Positions 1-10,512 of a DNA stretch of 64,000 nucleotides are shown here, piece by piece. A program made the translations under genes and the position numbers. Position 1 is the first letter of the stretch. Each line of letters starts with the position of its first letter. Source of the DNA: Blastocladiella emersonii ATCC 22665 (Eukaryota > Fungi > Blastocladiomycota); NCBI GenBank assembly GCA_025594325.1, contig JANHCV010000007.1, forward strand, positions 1,860,001 to 1,924,000, given 5' to 3'. The notes beneath the pieces were generated by a model, which saw nothing but the letters and a program-made list of their open reading frames with translations, did no database searches and was not told where the DNA came from.

Positions 1-1421
1 AAGTCAAGCTGGGCGCGTCCGTCAGCCCATGGCATGGCGGGCCGCTCAGGCACATCGTTGACGATCACAAGCGTGTCGAGAACAGGAACCGAGGTTGGCG
101 CAATCGAGAGGGCCGATTGCAGGCCATTGCGATGGTCGAGACTCGAGAGTGTGAGTTCGAGGCGTTGCAAACTCGGCATGAAAATGGGCATTGGGTGGAC
201 AAACCCGATCATGGATGTCGCAGGGGACCCAACAAGCGCAAGCCGCTCGAGGTGCGGGTGGAGGAAGACGAGGCGGAGCTGGTCGAAGCGGATCTGCTGC
301 CCGCGGAGTGTGAGAGATCGCAGGCGTCGATAAGCGCGGTGCCGCTGCGACCGCTGGGCAAACCGTCGACGAGTGGTCTCATCGTCATCGTCGCTGTCGC
401 TGCCCACAAACTCGTCCGCGCTGTCCTCGCTGGTCCGTTCCGGAACCGCGAACGGGCGGTGATACGGGTCGCCGACGAGGTGGTCGAGGCCGAGTTCGTG
501 CAAGCGCTCGATTTGGTACTTAGTGAGAAGAAGAGCGCTGTCGGCAGGGAGAGCATACCCGAGTTTCTCGAGCTCGCAATCAATGTCCCGGGCGCCGAGC
601 GGCACGACGCCGGCCCACGCCGTGGCGTGCTTGTTTGAGAAGCGATAGGTAGCGGCCGTCGGAAAGCGGCGAGAAAGGTGGGAAGCGAGCCGAAGGGCAC
701 TCTCGGACTCGGAACGCACTTGGAGTTTGCGAATGTGGGCTGGATCGAGGTCGGCGAGAAATGCGAGACGTTTCCAGTGACGACCGCCGACAACTGTGCG
801 GAGGTCAAAGTCCTCGGCATTGTAGTCGACGATGGTGAGCGCCGAGACGAGCGACAGAGGAAACGGGATGAGGACGATCCCGTCCGAAATTTCGCATGTT
901 GTGCAAAGCTTCGCGAGCGCAGTTCCGTCAAGAAGGAGCGACCACAACGACGCGAGGCCAGTTCGAACGCGCTCGAGCGAGTCGTCGGTGGTGGCAAGTG
1001 AAGCAAAGTAGAGTCGACCGCCGCGAATAATGAACGGGTACAGCTCGGTGATTTCGGAAAGCGCGCTGACGTGCTTGAACGTGATAGAGCCGCTCGGGTC
1101 AGCGACAGGACGCAGGTTGCCGAACGGGTGCACCTCGGCCGTTTGATCCCACGCGGGTAGCTGGTGTTTCGCAACGTCGGCACGGAACCCGAGGACTAGT
1201 TCGCGGAACAGGTACGGGCGAGTAATGGCATAGGTCGTGTGGCACAAGTTACCGAGGTGCAGCAGGTCCCAGCGCCACGCGTCGGCCGAGTCGCTTGAAC
1301 CAGCACGGCCCCGTTCCACGACAAAGTCGACGATGCGCTCCCACACGTCAACGGGTATGTAGCGATCAGAGGCCTCCGGGTGTTCCATTGCATCAAGTTT
1401 CATGTGTTCTAGTTGCTCCAT
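1..1421 (-). CDS. F-box-like / LRR-like protein, paralogue A (3' end runs off the window start)
   Basis: Manually read frame open from ATG at 1421 (MEQLEHMKLD...RYIPVDVWERIVDFV...WRWDLLHLGNLCHTTYAITRPYLFRELVLGFR) past position 1. It is absent from the ORF track, probably because there is no stop inside the window. Collinear with 10930-12408, sharing HRAYRR(L/I)RSLTLRG, HPHLERL and (D/E)TLVIVND. The N-terminal (I/L)PxxxWxxIxxF motif is F-box-like. Confidence 0.75.
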   Translation of the reverse strand, partial: MEQLEHMKLDAMEHPEASDRYIPVDVWERIVDFVVERGRAGSSDSADAWRWDLLHLGNLCHTTYAITRPYLFRELVLGFRADVAKHQLPAWDQTAEVHPFGNLRPVADPSGSITFKHVSALSEITELYPFIIRGGRLYFASLATTDDSLERVRTGLASLWSLLLDGTALAKLCTTCEISDGIVLIPFPLSLVSALTIVDYNAEDFDLRTVVGGRHWKRLAFLADLDPAHIRKLQVRSESESALRLASHLSRRFPTAATYRFSNKHATAWAGVVPLGARDIDCELEKLGYALPADSALLLTKYQIERLHELGLDHLVGDPYHRPFAVPERTSEDSADEFVGSDSDDDDETTRRRFAQRSQRHRAYRRLRSLTLRGQQIRFDQLRLVFLHPHLERLALVGSPATSMIGFVHPMPIFMPSLQRLELTLSSLDHRNGLQSALSIAPTSVPVLDTLVIVNDVPERPAMPWADGRAQLD

Positions 1422-2107
1422 GGTCGTGCGGGAAGGGTTGGCGAGGGAGAGCGAGCGGTTCCGGTGCGCCACTTCTGACCAGGGGGGGCGAGAGGAGCGA
1501 CGCGAAACCGTGCGAAGCGGCGCGACCGCTCCAAGCCAGCTGGCTGTGCAAGTCTCCAGCATACTTGCAGGCCCAATCAGCGGATACCCTGTTCAGCAAA
1601 CGTACATGTATCACATAATCGGGGTTTACGAGGTCTTGATCCAGTCGTTGGCCCTAGCGCACAAGTCGGGATCGCGCAGAAGGCCAGTCTCCCATCACGA
1701 AACCTGCCCACCGCGGATAGCCACTCGGGCCCAGATGCAGCCACTCCCCACCCGTTTGCAGGCCACTGCAGACACTCGAAGGCCCTGCAGACGCCGCAGG
1801 CCACCCCGCCAGCTTGTAGAGGCCCGCCGGCAGCATCCCCGCTCTCCCGCAGCGACCAAACTCTTCACTAAAATGTCCCCCTCGCACTTAGGGCCCGTTT
1901 GGTTCAGATCAGGTGGATCAGCTGAAAAAGTTGCCACGTTTCACCTCACCCCCGTTCATCTCAGCGGCCGTGCGAACCAAACGCCCCGCTGGATGAACGC
2001 CCCTCCCCCTCCCCGCAATAAAATCTTTCCCACCTCTTTGCAGCCGCACTTATTGCAACGAATCAACACCTAACCTCACGCATCGTGTTCTCGAGCCCTC
2101 AAACAAC

Positions 2108-3423
2108 ATGGGCAAGGGATACAACCGCAAGCTGCGCGGCCTCATGCTCGCGGCCGCCCTCGCTCTCCTGCGACGTCTCGCTGCGCGCAACGAGCGCCGC
2201 TCGTGGGAGCCTATCCGCACGTCCACGCTTTCTGGCGAGTCGTGGGTTCAAGAGCTGCTGACGTGCAACAGCGAAACGCGTTTTTCGGAAATCGCCCGTA
2301 TGCCCCGCGAGACCTTCAAGGCCATCTGCCGCCCGTTCCGCGACCGTGGCCTTCTCGCCGACGGCCGCGAGCTGTCCGTCGAGGCGCTTCATGGTTTTTC
2401 TTGTCATGGCCGGCGAGGGCAGCACCAACCGCAACCTCAGGGAGCGGTTCCAAATCTCTGGCGAGACCGCGTCCAGGGTTCTGAAGCAGGTGCTCGACGC
2501 TCTGTACCGCCTGATGCCCGAGTTCATTGTCCAGCCGTCCGATTCTACGCCCGTGCATGAGCGCATCGCCCACGACCCGAAATACGCTCCGTTCCAGAAC
2601 GCGGTCGGCGCGCTTGACGGAACGCACATCCCGTTTGTTGTGCCCGCCAAGCTTCACGACTCGTTCCGAAACCGCAAGGGGACCATCTCCTCAAATGTCC
2701 TCGCTGCCTGCGACTTTGACTTGAACTTCACCTACGTTCTCGCAGGGTGGGAGGGCAAGGCGCACGACTCGCGCGTGCTATCGGACGCCTTCGCCCGTGG
2801 GTTCAAGATCCCCGCCGGCCGCTTCTACCTCGCCGACGGCGGCTACGCAAACCGCACGTCCATCATCGTGCCCTTCCGCGGTACCCGCTATCATCTTCGC
2901 GAGTTTGCCCGCGGCAAGGATGGGTACGTTCTCACTGCCATGACCATCACGTTGGGGCCATCTCATCCGCTTCATCAACGTACGTAGAGTTAAGAACCGC
3001 GAGGAGCTTTTCAATCTGCGTCACGCGTCGCTCCGCAACTCTGTTGAGCGTATCTTTGGCGTGCTCAAGAAGCGGTTCCGCGTCCTCTCGATTGGCGCGG
3101 CCTACCCAATCAAGACTCAAGTCAAGCTTGTGTACGCGCTCTGCACGCTGCACAACATGATCAACAAGTGGAACCAAGGCGGCGACGCCTTCTTTCGCGA
3201 CGCCGAGACGGAGCTCCGGCGCGCGCGGGACGCGGCGCGTGAGGCGCGTGTGTGTGGGCGCGAGCCCCTGAACGACGAGAACGAGGAGGACGACGAGGCC
3301 GCTGTCCTCGAGGCCTCGCTGGAAGGAGCTCGTCAGCGCGGTATCTCGCTTCGGAACCGCATCGCAAATGTTCTTTGGACCGAGTACAGGCGCGTCATGG
3401 CCGCTCGTGGGACCCATCTTTGA
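2108..3423 (+). pseudogene. Harbinger DDE transposase with a frameshift at ~2384 and an intron at 2924-2987
   Basis: Motifs GALDGTHIP, YVLAGWEGKAHDSRVL, YLADGGY and, after splicing GTACGT...TAG, FNLRHASLRNSVERIFGVLKKRF. The N-terminal part (2108-2383) and the catalytic part are in different frames (GTC GAG G CGC TTC ATG). Confidence 0.88.
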
Positions 3424-3541
3424 AGGCGCGAAATAATTGTTGTACCCGCATGCATGCTGTAATATACTGATTTGTCAAGTACTATAATGTTATATAAGCG
3501 ATTCTAGATGATTTGACGCGTCGCTGAGGTCAGAACGCATC

Positions 3542-3568
3542 GGTGGAGACGCGTCGATCAATCACGTG
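3542..3568 (+). promoter_or_regulatory. Bipartite motif inside Harbinger copy 1 (GGTGGAGACG-N8-AATCACGTG)
   Basis: Same halves and 8-nt spacer as the motif upstream of host genes. Confidence 0.4.
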
Positions 3569-3736
3569 ACGTGTGAGACACTTTGCGAACCACGCGTTTC
3601 TCAACGAGTCGCGTCATTTTCGAGCCAAGGGTAACGATTGAAGATACGATGGACACAAAGCCAGATGTATTGGACACAAATGGGCGAGAACAAGGCCAGG
3701 AAGCAACGCGAGGGGAGGGGGACATGTGCGAGTGAG

Positions 3737-4201
3737 CTACTGAATGAAAATCTCGAGGATGCGCTTGCGCTTCGATTCGGACACGGCCATGACGCGAAGC
3801 GCTTGATCCTCGGTCAGGCGGGTGGCGACGTCGATCTGGTACTCTTCATTGTCGTTGTACGCGTCCTGGACCCATTCAAGTGCGGCGGTCAGGACGGGCT
3901 TGGAGTCGGCGGTCGCGACGCTCTGGAACACCTCCTTGATGCCCATGAGGAATTCCGAGTCCGAGAGGCGACGCGAGCTGCTGTCCGAAGTGCGGCTGCG
4001 CTTGCTGGCGGGGGCCGCGTCGTCTTGACCATCGACACCTTCCACGTCACCAGACTCCTTGCCGTCCTGCTCGAGGTGCGAGTACTCGCCGGTGGTGGTC
4101 GAGCCGCCCCACGAAGGAAAACAGCGTTTATATAGGCCGGGAAGCACAGCCTGAAGGTTTCGGGGGCGAGCAGACGGGCAATTCAGCGACGAGGGTTCCA
4201 T
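3737..4201 (-). CDS. C-terminal remnant of the Harbinger accessory (Myb/SANT-like) ORF
   Basis: Convergent with the transposase inside the TIRs, as expected for PIF/Harbinger ORF2. Has a basic cluster (PASKRSR) and a helical tail (ALEWVQ...KRKRILEIF). No recognisable Myb domain before the right TIR. Confidence 0.55.
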   Translation of the reverse strand: MEPSSLNCPSARPRNLQAVLPGLYKRCFPSWGGSTTTGEYSHLEQDGKESGDVEGVDGQDDAAPASKRSRTSDSSSRRLSDSEFLMGIKEVFQSVATADSKPVLTAALEWVQDAYNDNEEYQIDVATRLTEDQALRVMAVSESKRKRILEIFIQ

Positions 4202-5759
4202 TCAGCTCATCCGGGGGTCGACCCAAACGCCGCGATGAACGCGACGGGGTGAAAATGCCACGTTTCAGCTGGGTGAACACCGGACCGTGTAAAATCGATT
4301 GATCCACCTGATTCACCCCGGAACCAAACGGGCCCTTAAATACGATGACACTCCCCGCAACCCGATGTATTACGATGCAGCGACTCGACACGGATGTTTG
4401 AGCCCGTCAGCTGGCCGTGCACCTGCGCGAAACCCAGCGAGGCGGACGGCACCGCCGTGCTAGCAACGAGTGAGCGACCTCGCGCGGGCGGCGTCGTCGA
4501 GTTGGACGCGCTCGCCCGCCAACGCAACTTCATGGATAGCACTCTGGGTGAGGCTGCCGCCGAGTCGCCCGCACCCGCGCCCCCGATCTTTGGAAGCGAG
4601 CGAGCAAGGCGTGCTGTGAAGGTGCCGGGCTGGTTGCGCCGAGTCCTGCGAGATGAGAAGCGCTCTGCTGCGGTGTAGTCGCGGCCGCGGCGGTTGAAGC
4701 GAACCCGCTGTGCCCTGCTCTTCGCCTCAAGTGTGGCCTTCGCGGGCCGCGGTGCACCTGCTCTCGAACGGCCCGTGTGAGATCACGAAGTCGCTGCTAA
4801 GTCGCATATGTCGTTGCTGACGATGCCGCAGAGGCCGTCGCGGTCGAACGCGGTCAAGGGGCCGCACTGTCGCGCGCGAGAGCGACGCGGCCGCCCGTCT
4901 TCCCACCCGGAACACGAGAACGAGCGCGGCGCAGGTCCTACGCCTGTCCGATCGGCGGGTGAGCCGCGACGGACGCAGAACGCGCGTGGGTGAAGCGGAG
5001 ACAGTCGCGGAGCGGGCGTGTGTGCGCCGCGGCGACAGCGATCAGCGGCGATCAGCGGCGGGAGGAGTTCCCGCACGGGACCGGGCGGAGAAGACGTCCT
5101 CGCAGTGCGCCAGGTCGGGTGAGTTGGGCGAGCATGGGGAGCGGCGACTGGTCGCGCGAGCGCGCCGACGCAAAGTCCAGAAAAGCACAGGGCGAGGTGC
5201 TGCTCTGAATGGCAGCCGCGTCACGTTTTGTAGCCCCCGCCTTTCGCCGATCGCGGCGGCAGGCAAGCCGCCCAGCCACCGCACAAAAAGCGATCGCCGC
5301 CGCGCCGCTCCCGCTCCACCAACTCGCTCGCAACGCTCGCCCGGTCTGCTGCTCGAACCCTACGCACCAACAACATGCCCACGAACGCTCGCAGCGCTGC
5401 CCGCCTCGCGGCCCAGCGCTAGTTGGCGCCTCGCTCCCTCGCACGCCTCCTGTACGCCGGCTCTCGCGCTCGCGCTCGCCGTGGCCGCAGCCCACCGTAC
5501 CCGCCGCCCTTCCTCGCCCACCTCTCGATCGTGTCGCCCTGCCGCCCCCGCTGCCCGAGGGATTGCTCGCAACGGTCACCTGCTCCCACCGCGCCGCTTG
5601 CGTCGCGGCGCCTCGCCGTGTCGCCAACTCAGCCTTCCCCGCGCTCCACGTCCCCTCCACACGCCCTCCCCGCTCCTCCTGATCCACTATCCGCTCCTTC
5701 ACTCGCGCGTCGTGCTCCGGCCCAGAGCGAGACATGCTGACCCGTTCGGACTCATGTAG

Positions 5760-6184
5760 TACCACGCATTCCGCGGCGCCTGCATCTCGACCGAGCGCCC
5801 TACCTCCCTCCCTCGTCGCTCGGCGTCTTCTCCATCGCGCCCTCTCGCCACACCGACTGGGCTTCGGCAAGGTTTCCGCCCCACACGGTTCGCTCTCCCC
5901 ATCATACTTGCTCGCGCAATCCAGCCGTGACTGACCTCGATCCCATTCTCCCGCTCTCCCCTCGTAGCGCTTGGGCTTCAAGTACCTCATCACCCCACCT
6001 CCCTCCTCGTTTCTCAACGTCTTCCCCACCGCGCCCTCTCGCCACATCGACTGGCCCTCGGCCAAGTTTCCGTTGTGCAGCGCCCCACGCTCACCTCGCA
6101 CGGTTCGCTCTCCCTGCCACGCTTGCTCGCTCATGTCTGCCGTCACTGACCCCTCTCCCCTTCTCCCGTTTACCCCTCGTAGGA
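5760..6184 (+). repeat. Degenerate tandem duplication (~200 bp) of an exon+intron-like unit
   Basis: Both units contain CGCGCCCTCTCGCCACA(C/T)CGACTGG, then GTTTCCG, CACGGTTCGCTCTCCC, CTGAC and CCCCTCGTAG. One frame is conserved: PPSSLGVFSIAPSRHTDWASA versus PPSSFLNVFPTAPSRHIDWPSAK. Confidence 0.6.
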
Positions 6185-6435
6185 ATCCGACTTCGAGTGC
6201 TTGATCGGCAGGACAAGCGACTCGGCCCCATGTGCGCACAATCCAGCCGTCCGGTACGCATCTTCTCTGCACTTGTCGCCCTGAGTCGCTCTCACTCACA
6301 CCTCTCTCCCCGACCCACTTGAACAGCCCGCAACTGCTTGACACGCTCCCGCGACAACCCGACCAAGAACGTGCGCATCGCTCTCGCCCATGTCGCCGTC
6401 CTGCAGCGGCGCGGCGGCGCTCACCAACTCGATCT

Positions 6436-8260
6436 TCAAGGCCACCAAGCCAAGTTCCCCGACCCTTCCCCTCCACCCTCTCCGTGGCCGTGTCTGTGAT
6501 GTGATATACCTGTTTGTTCATCTACCCATGTCTCGATCCTGATTCCGAGTGAACCTGAAGCGCGGGGATGTGGCAGCCATGAGGGTTGCGTTGCAGGCTC
6601 AGTGGCCCGTTTGCAGGCTTGACAGGCTTTGCAGGCTGCGCAGGCTGCACGCGTCTGTACAGGCACGGCCGTGTCTGCAGAGACATGCTGGGAATGCACA
6701 GACACCGATTGCCTGAAGCGCCTGAACGGCCTGCAACTGGCCCGAAAAAAAAACGTGATGCCTGTGCAATCTTCAGAAGGCTCACGCACGACCTTGAACT
6801 TGTGGTACACCGCCCACGTCGCCGGGAGAACCTGGTCGAGACACTGGGAGGACATTGTCCACGGCCGACCGCGCAGCGTCTTGATGTTGTTCGCGAGCCC
6901 GCTGCCGCTGTCAGTCCCAAATGCGTGCAGCTTGATCACCGTGGCCATCTGTAGCCCGATGCCGTTGACGCCAAAGAGCGCCGCATCGAGGGGCTCATTG
7001 GCAGGCGGTTTGGGCATGCCCGGGTACTCGAGGTCAATCAGGGTCTGCAAGCAGTCGCGGTTCTCCTGTGTGACGAGGGCCTCCCACCGCGCCGTCGCTG
7101 CGGACACGTCGCTGGGCTCCCACAGCCGCTGATACGCCGCCATGAGTTCAAGTTGAATCGCGTGCCACTCGGCCTCCGTGTACGACTCGGGGCGCAGGCG
7201 GTAGATGCTAGACAGCGGCAACCTCTTGAGAGCAGGGCTGAGGCAGATAGGGAACCGTGCGGGGACGGTCAGGATTCATTCCGTTTCCAAGCCGAGCCGG
7301 GAGGTGGCAAAGTGGTCGGAGATCGCACCGATGATCGTTGAGTGCGGCTCCCACCAGCGCGCCTGCGGCAAGACCTCGTCCACGACCGTCTTGGTCGAAT
7401 CGTTGAGGAAATCGAGGTGCTCCCTCTGGTTGAGGCGCTCACAACGTACTCGAGGAAGCCGCCAAAGTAAAAAAAATACTGCCGCGAAAGTGATCCTGCG
7501 CATTGACCAGGACAGCCAACTGAATGTGAGGTGGTTGCCGGCAGCACAACGTGGACGCCGAACATGACGCACGCCGAGTAGGACGAAGCCTGAAGCAGAG
7601 GTGCGACCTCATCGGGCGTGAAGCTGCCACGCATAACGAGGTCGAACGCGTGTTTGAACGGCGTGCCAGCAGCGTGGTGCATGTTGTGCATGTTTCGGCC
7701 GTTGCGGTTCTTCCACGTTGGGAGCGCGGCCATGGCGTTGACGGCGCGAAGCTCCAAGGCGGTCGTGTGAAGCTGTGCGTGGGAGTCTGTCAAGAACGGC
7801 GTGGCTGTGGGTCCATGTGTGAAGCATCGACCAGCGTTTGGTGTCGCCAATGTCGCGCAAAACCAAGTCGGTAGCAAGCTTTTGGAACATGTGCTTCATC
7901 GCCGCGTTACTACACGGTTGCGGAATGCGACGCTTGTGTTGGCGAGGGCCCTAGTACGGCGGAGCAACGGCTCGGAATCGACCCGCATCGCCTGCAGCAA
8001 GGGCAAAGCATCGGCCACCGGGTTTCGCCACGCCAGAGATCCGACTCGGCGATGGGACGGCAAATCGCGCGTAAGGCGGCTGCATTGCGAAGCGAGAGCC
8101 GCGAGGCGATCGGTCGGTGCAGCTCGGACGGCAGCATCAGTAGCGATGCCGGCTCAGGTTCATGAGTTTGCATCAAGTGTATTTGGTCATTCATTTCGTC
8201 GACGGCTCGTAAAGGGGAATTTGGACTTGCACTGGAGGCGTGTGATGACGGGGTGTCCAC
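6436..8260 (-). pseudogene. Fragmented F-box protein gene
   Basis: F-box motif LLMLPSELHRPIASRLSLRNAAALRAICR in ORF 7910-8260. Protein-like text continues in several different frames (7609-7899, 7276-7572, 6436-7221) without obvious canonical introns at all junctions. Confidence 0.5.
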
Positions 8261-8385
8261 GCGCCGCCACTCACGTTCTCCTTGATCACCTCGAGCATCA
8301 AGCAGTCATTCGTAGAAGAGAGAAACCGAGAAGATAATACAATTATTGGGTATCAAATCACACCGGGTATACACCAACGATCAAA

Positions 8386-9776
8386 CTACGCCAGGACGGC
8401 CGCCGGCCGGACCACGGCGGCGCACCGGCGCTTGATGGCGCCCCACCGCGATGGTGACGACGATGATGACTTGGCCTTGGAGACCGGGCACTCGGTGCCA
8501 ACGAGCGTGCGGTCCGAGCCAAAGTCGACGACCTTCTTGCTGGCGGCGAGCGGCATGGGCGCAGTCGCCGAGCTGCTGCTGCTGCTGCTGCGCTTGGTGT
8601 GGTAGCGGATCCAGCGCTTGGCCTGGGTCAGGAGCTCGCGGCACTTGCTCGGCTTGAGCGACGCGAGCGGGACCGACTCGATGCGCAGAACCGGGATGGG
8701 CTCTTCCTCGTCGTCGTCGTCGTACTGGACGGTCGATGAGGCGGCCTTGGGCTGTTGCTGAGGAACGACGAAGGCGACGGCGGGCGACGCGGACCGCTCC
8801 CGCGGCTGCTGCTGCCACGACGGCTGAACAGGAGCGGCCACGACCACGGCCGGCGCCGGCTTGGCAAAGACGGGACCCGACTCGAGCAGCTCGGGCTGCC
8901 ACCACGGCTGCCGCTTCGGGAAGATCGACTGGGTCGGGTACTCGAGTTCCGGGCCCTCGTAGTACGACCGGACGAACACACGCTGAGGCGCGGCGACATG
9001 CCACTCGGGCGCCTCGGGCTGCTGCCACGGCTGCTGCGTGTGCTGTTCCTGGTCGACCTTGGCCTGGAAACCCGACTCGAACAGCTGCGCCGGCTGCTGC
9101 TGCCACTGCGGCTGGTACTGCCGCTGCTGCTGCTGCTGGGTCGGGAAGATGGACTGTGTCGGGTACTCGAACGCGGGGCACCAGTACGGGTCGTAGTCGA
9201 GCTCGAACTGCACATGCTGAGGCGCGGCGACGTGCCACTCGCGCGCCTCGGGCTGCTGCCACGGCTGCCACTGCATGTGCTGCTGCTGGTTGACCACGGC
9301 CTGCTGGGCGGCGGCGGCGGCGGCGGCGCGCTCGCGGGCCTCCTGCTCGGCGAACCACGCGCGAATCTGGCGCGTCGCCTCGGCGGTCTCGGCGGCCGTG
9401 TACACGGGGCAGTCGGCGCCGAACAGCTCGTCGTGGTGTGCCGCAATGTACTCGGCCAGCGTCGAGTACTCGGCGGCGGCGGCCTTGGGCGCGGCGTCGG
9501 AGCCCCGCTGCTGCTGCGTCGACGCACCCGTGGTGGTGTGCCACGGGGCGTGGGCCTCGGCGAGAGCGTCAAACTGCTTGGTGAGCGTGCTGACCGAGGC
9601 GAGGGCGTTGAGTCCACCGAGGACGGCTCATCCGCCGCCGCCGCCGAGGAGGAGGGGCGGCAGAGAGCGGCGTGGTGGTGCGCACCCGCCATCGCCGCCG
9701 ACATCCCAGCGGTGTGCGTGAGGGGAGCAGCAGCGGCGACGGGGGACACGCGAGTCGAGACGATGATGGACTGCAT
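8386..9776 (-). CDS. Q/W/P-rich protein with an internal ~65-aa duplication; 5' part in another frame (intron or frameshift near 9630-9690)
   Basis: The frame of ORF 8386-9405 stays open upstream to ~9630 (GLNALASVSTLTKQF...). A candidate first exon starts MQSIIVS at 9776. The repeat QPWQQPEAxEWHVAAPQxV...EYPTQSIFP...L(F/L)ESG occurs twice. Confidence 0.6.
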
Positions 9777-10512
9777 GGTGGAAATGCTTTTGCTTCGTCT
9801 CGAGATTACTTGAGGTGATGAGCGAGAGAGGAGGGGGAGCGGGGTCAGCGGCCGCCTTTTGTAGCGGTCGGGCGAGGTTCGGACTGCACCCACCGTGGGT
9901 CGCGAGGTTATGACTGCACTCACCCGAGTCCCGTGGAAGCCCATTTGGTCACGATGCACTGAACGTCGCGTCACAATGACCCACGGCCGATAGAATTTGC
10001 GTGCGCTATGTCAAAACACGTGAGGGAGAATTCTTGCCATCCTCGAGCCATCAACGGCGCGGTCATATCCCCTTCTCCTCGCTGGTCTCGACAGGACCGG
10101 GATGAGCCTCGTGCTTTGAGGTCAACTATTTGGCGGTTCCAGCGCAGACGAGGACTGCGGTCAACAGCTTGGTGGTGCTTGAGGGCCGTGGCGGCGCTCA
10201 TGGTGTGCTTGAAAATGCCCAGCGTCGGCAGGCAACACGGACAGCCAACTTGAAACGCGACGCGTCGTTCACGATGCCGGCACTCCATACCTATCTCTTT
10301 GGCGTGCGCGCTGCCGGCTGGCGGGAATCATGATTGTTACGCTACAAGGTTGCATGCGCGCTACACTCATAGCTCTGCGAGAGCCTTGCTGGTCAAACGT
10401 GATTGATAGCGACGAGACTATGCGGGACCGCGCACCCGCGATGCAAAACCCATCAGCTCTGAACGAAAAGGCATGTACTCACACGACAGGCGAAGGTACA
10501 GGGGAGCAAAGC

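Larger units (their letters stand above)
1891..4335 (+). mobile_element. PIF/Harbinger DNA transposon, copy 1 (2445 bp, probably non-autonomous)
   Basis: 15-bp TIRs GGGCCCGTTTGGTTC (1891-1905) and GAACCAAACGGGCCC (4321-4335). 3-bp TSD TTA at 1888-1890 and 4336-4338. Contains a DDE transposase and a convergent second ORF. Confidence 0.95.

Noticed and set aside
4394-4678. RARRAVKVPGWL resembles the RxxRxxxPxWL tail of LTR-retrotransposon integrases
   Set aside because: No LTRs, RT or integrase motifs nearby, and the motif is short.
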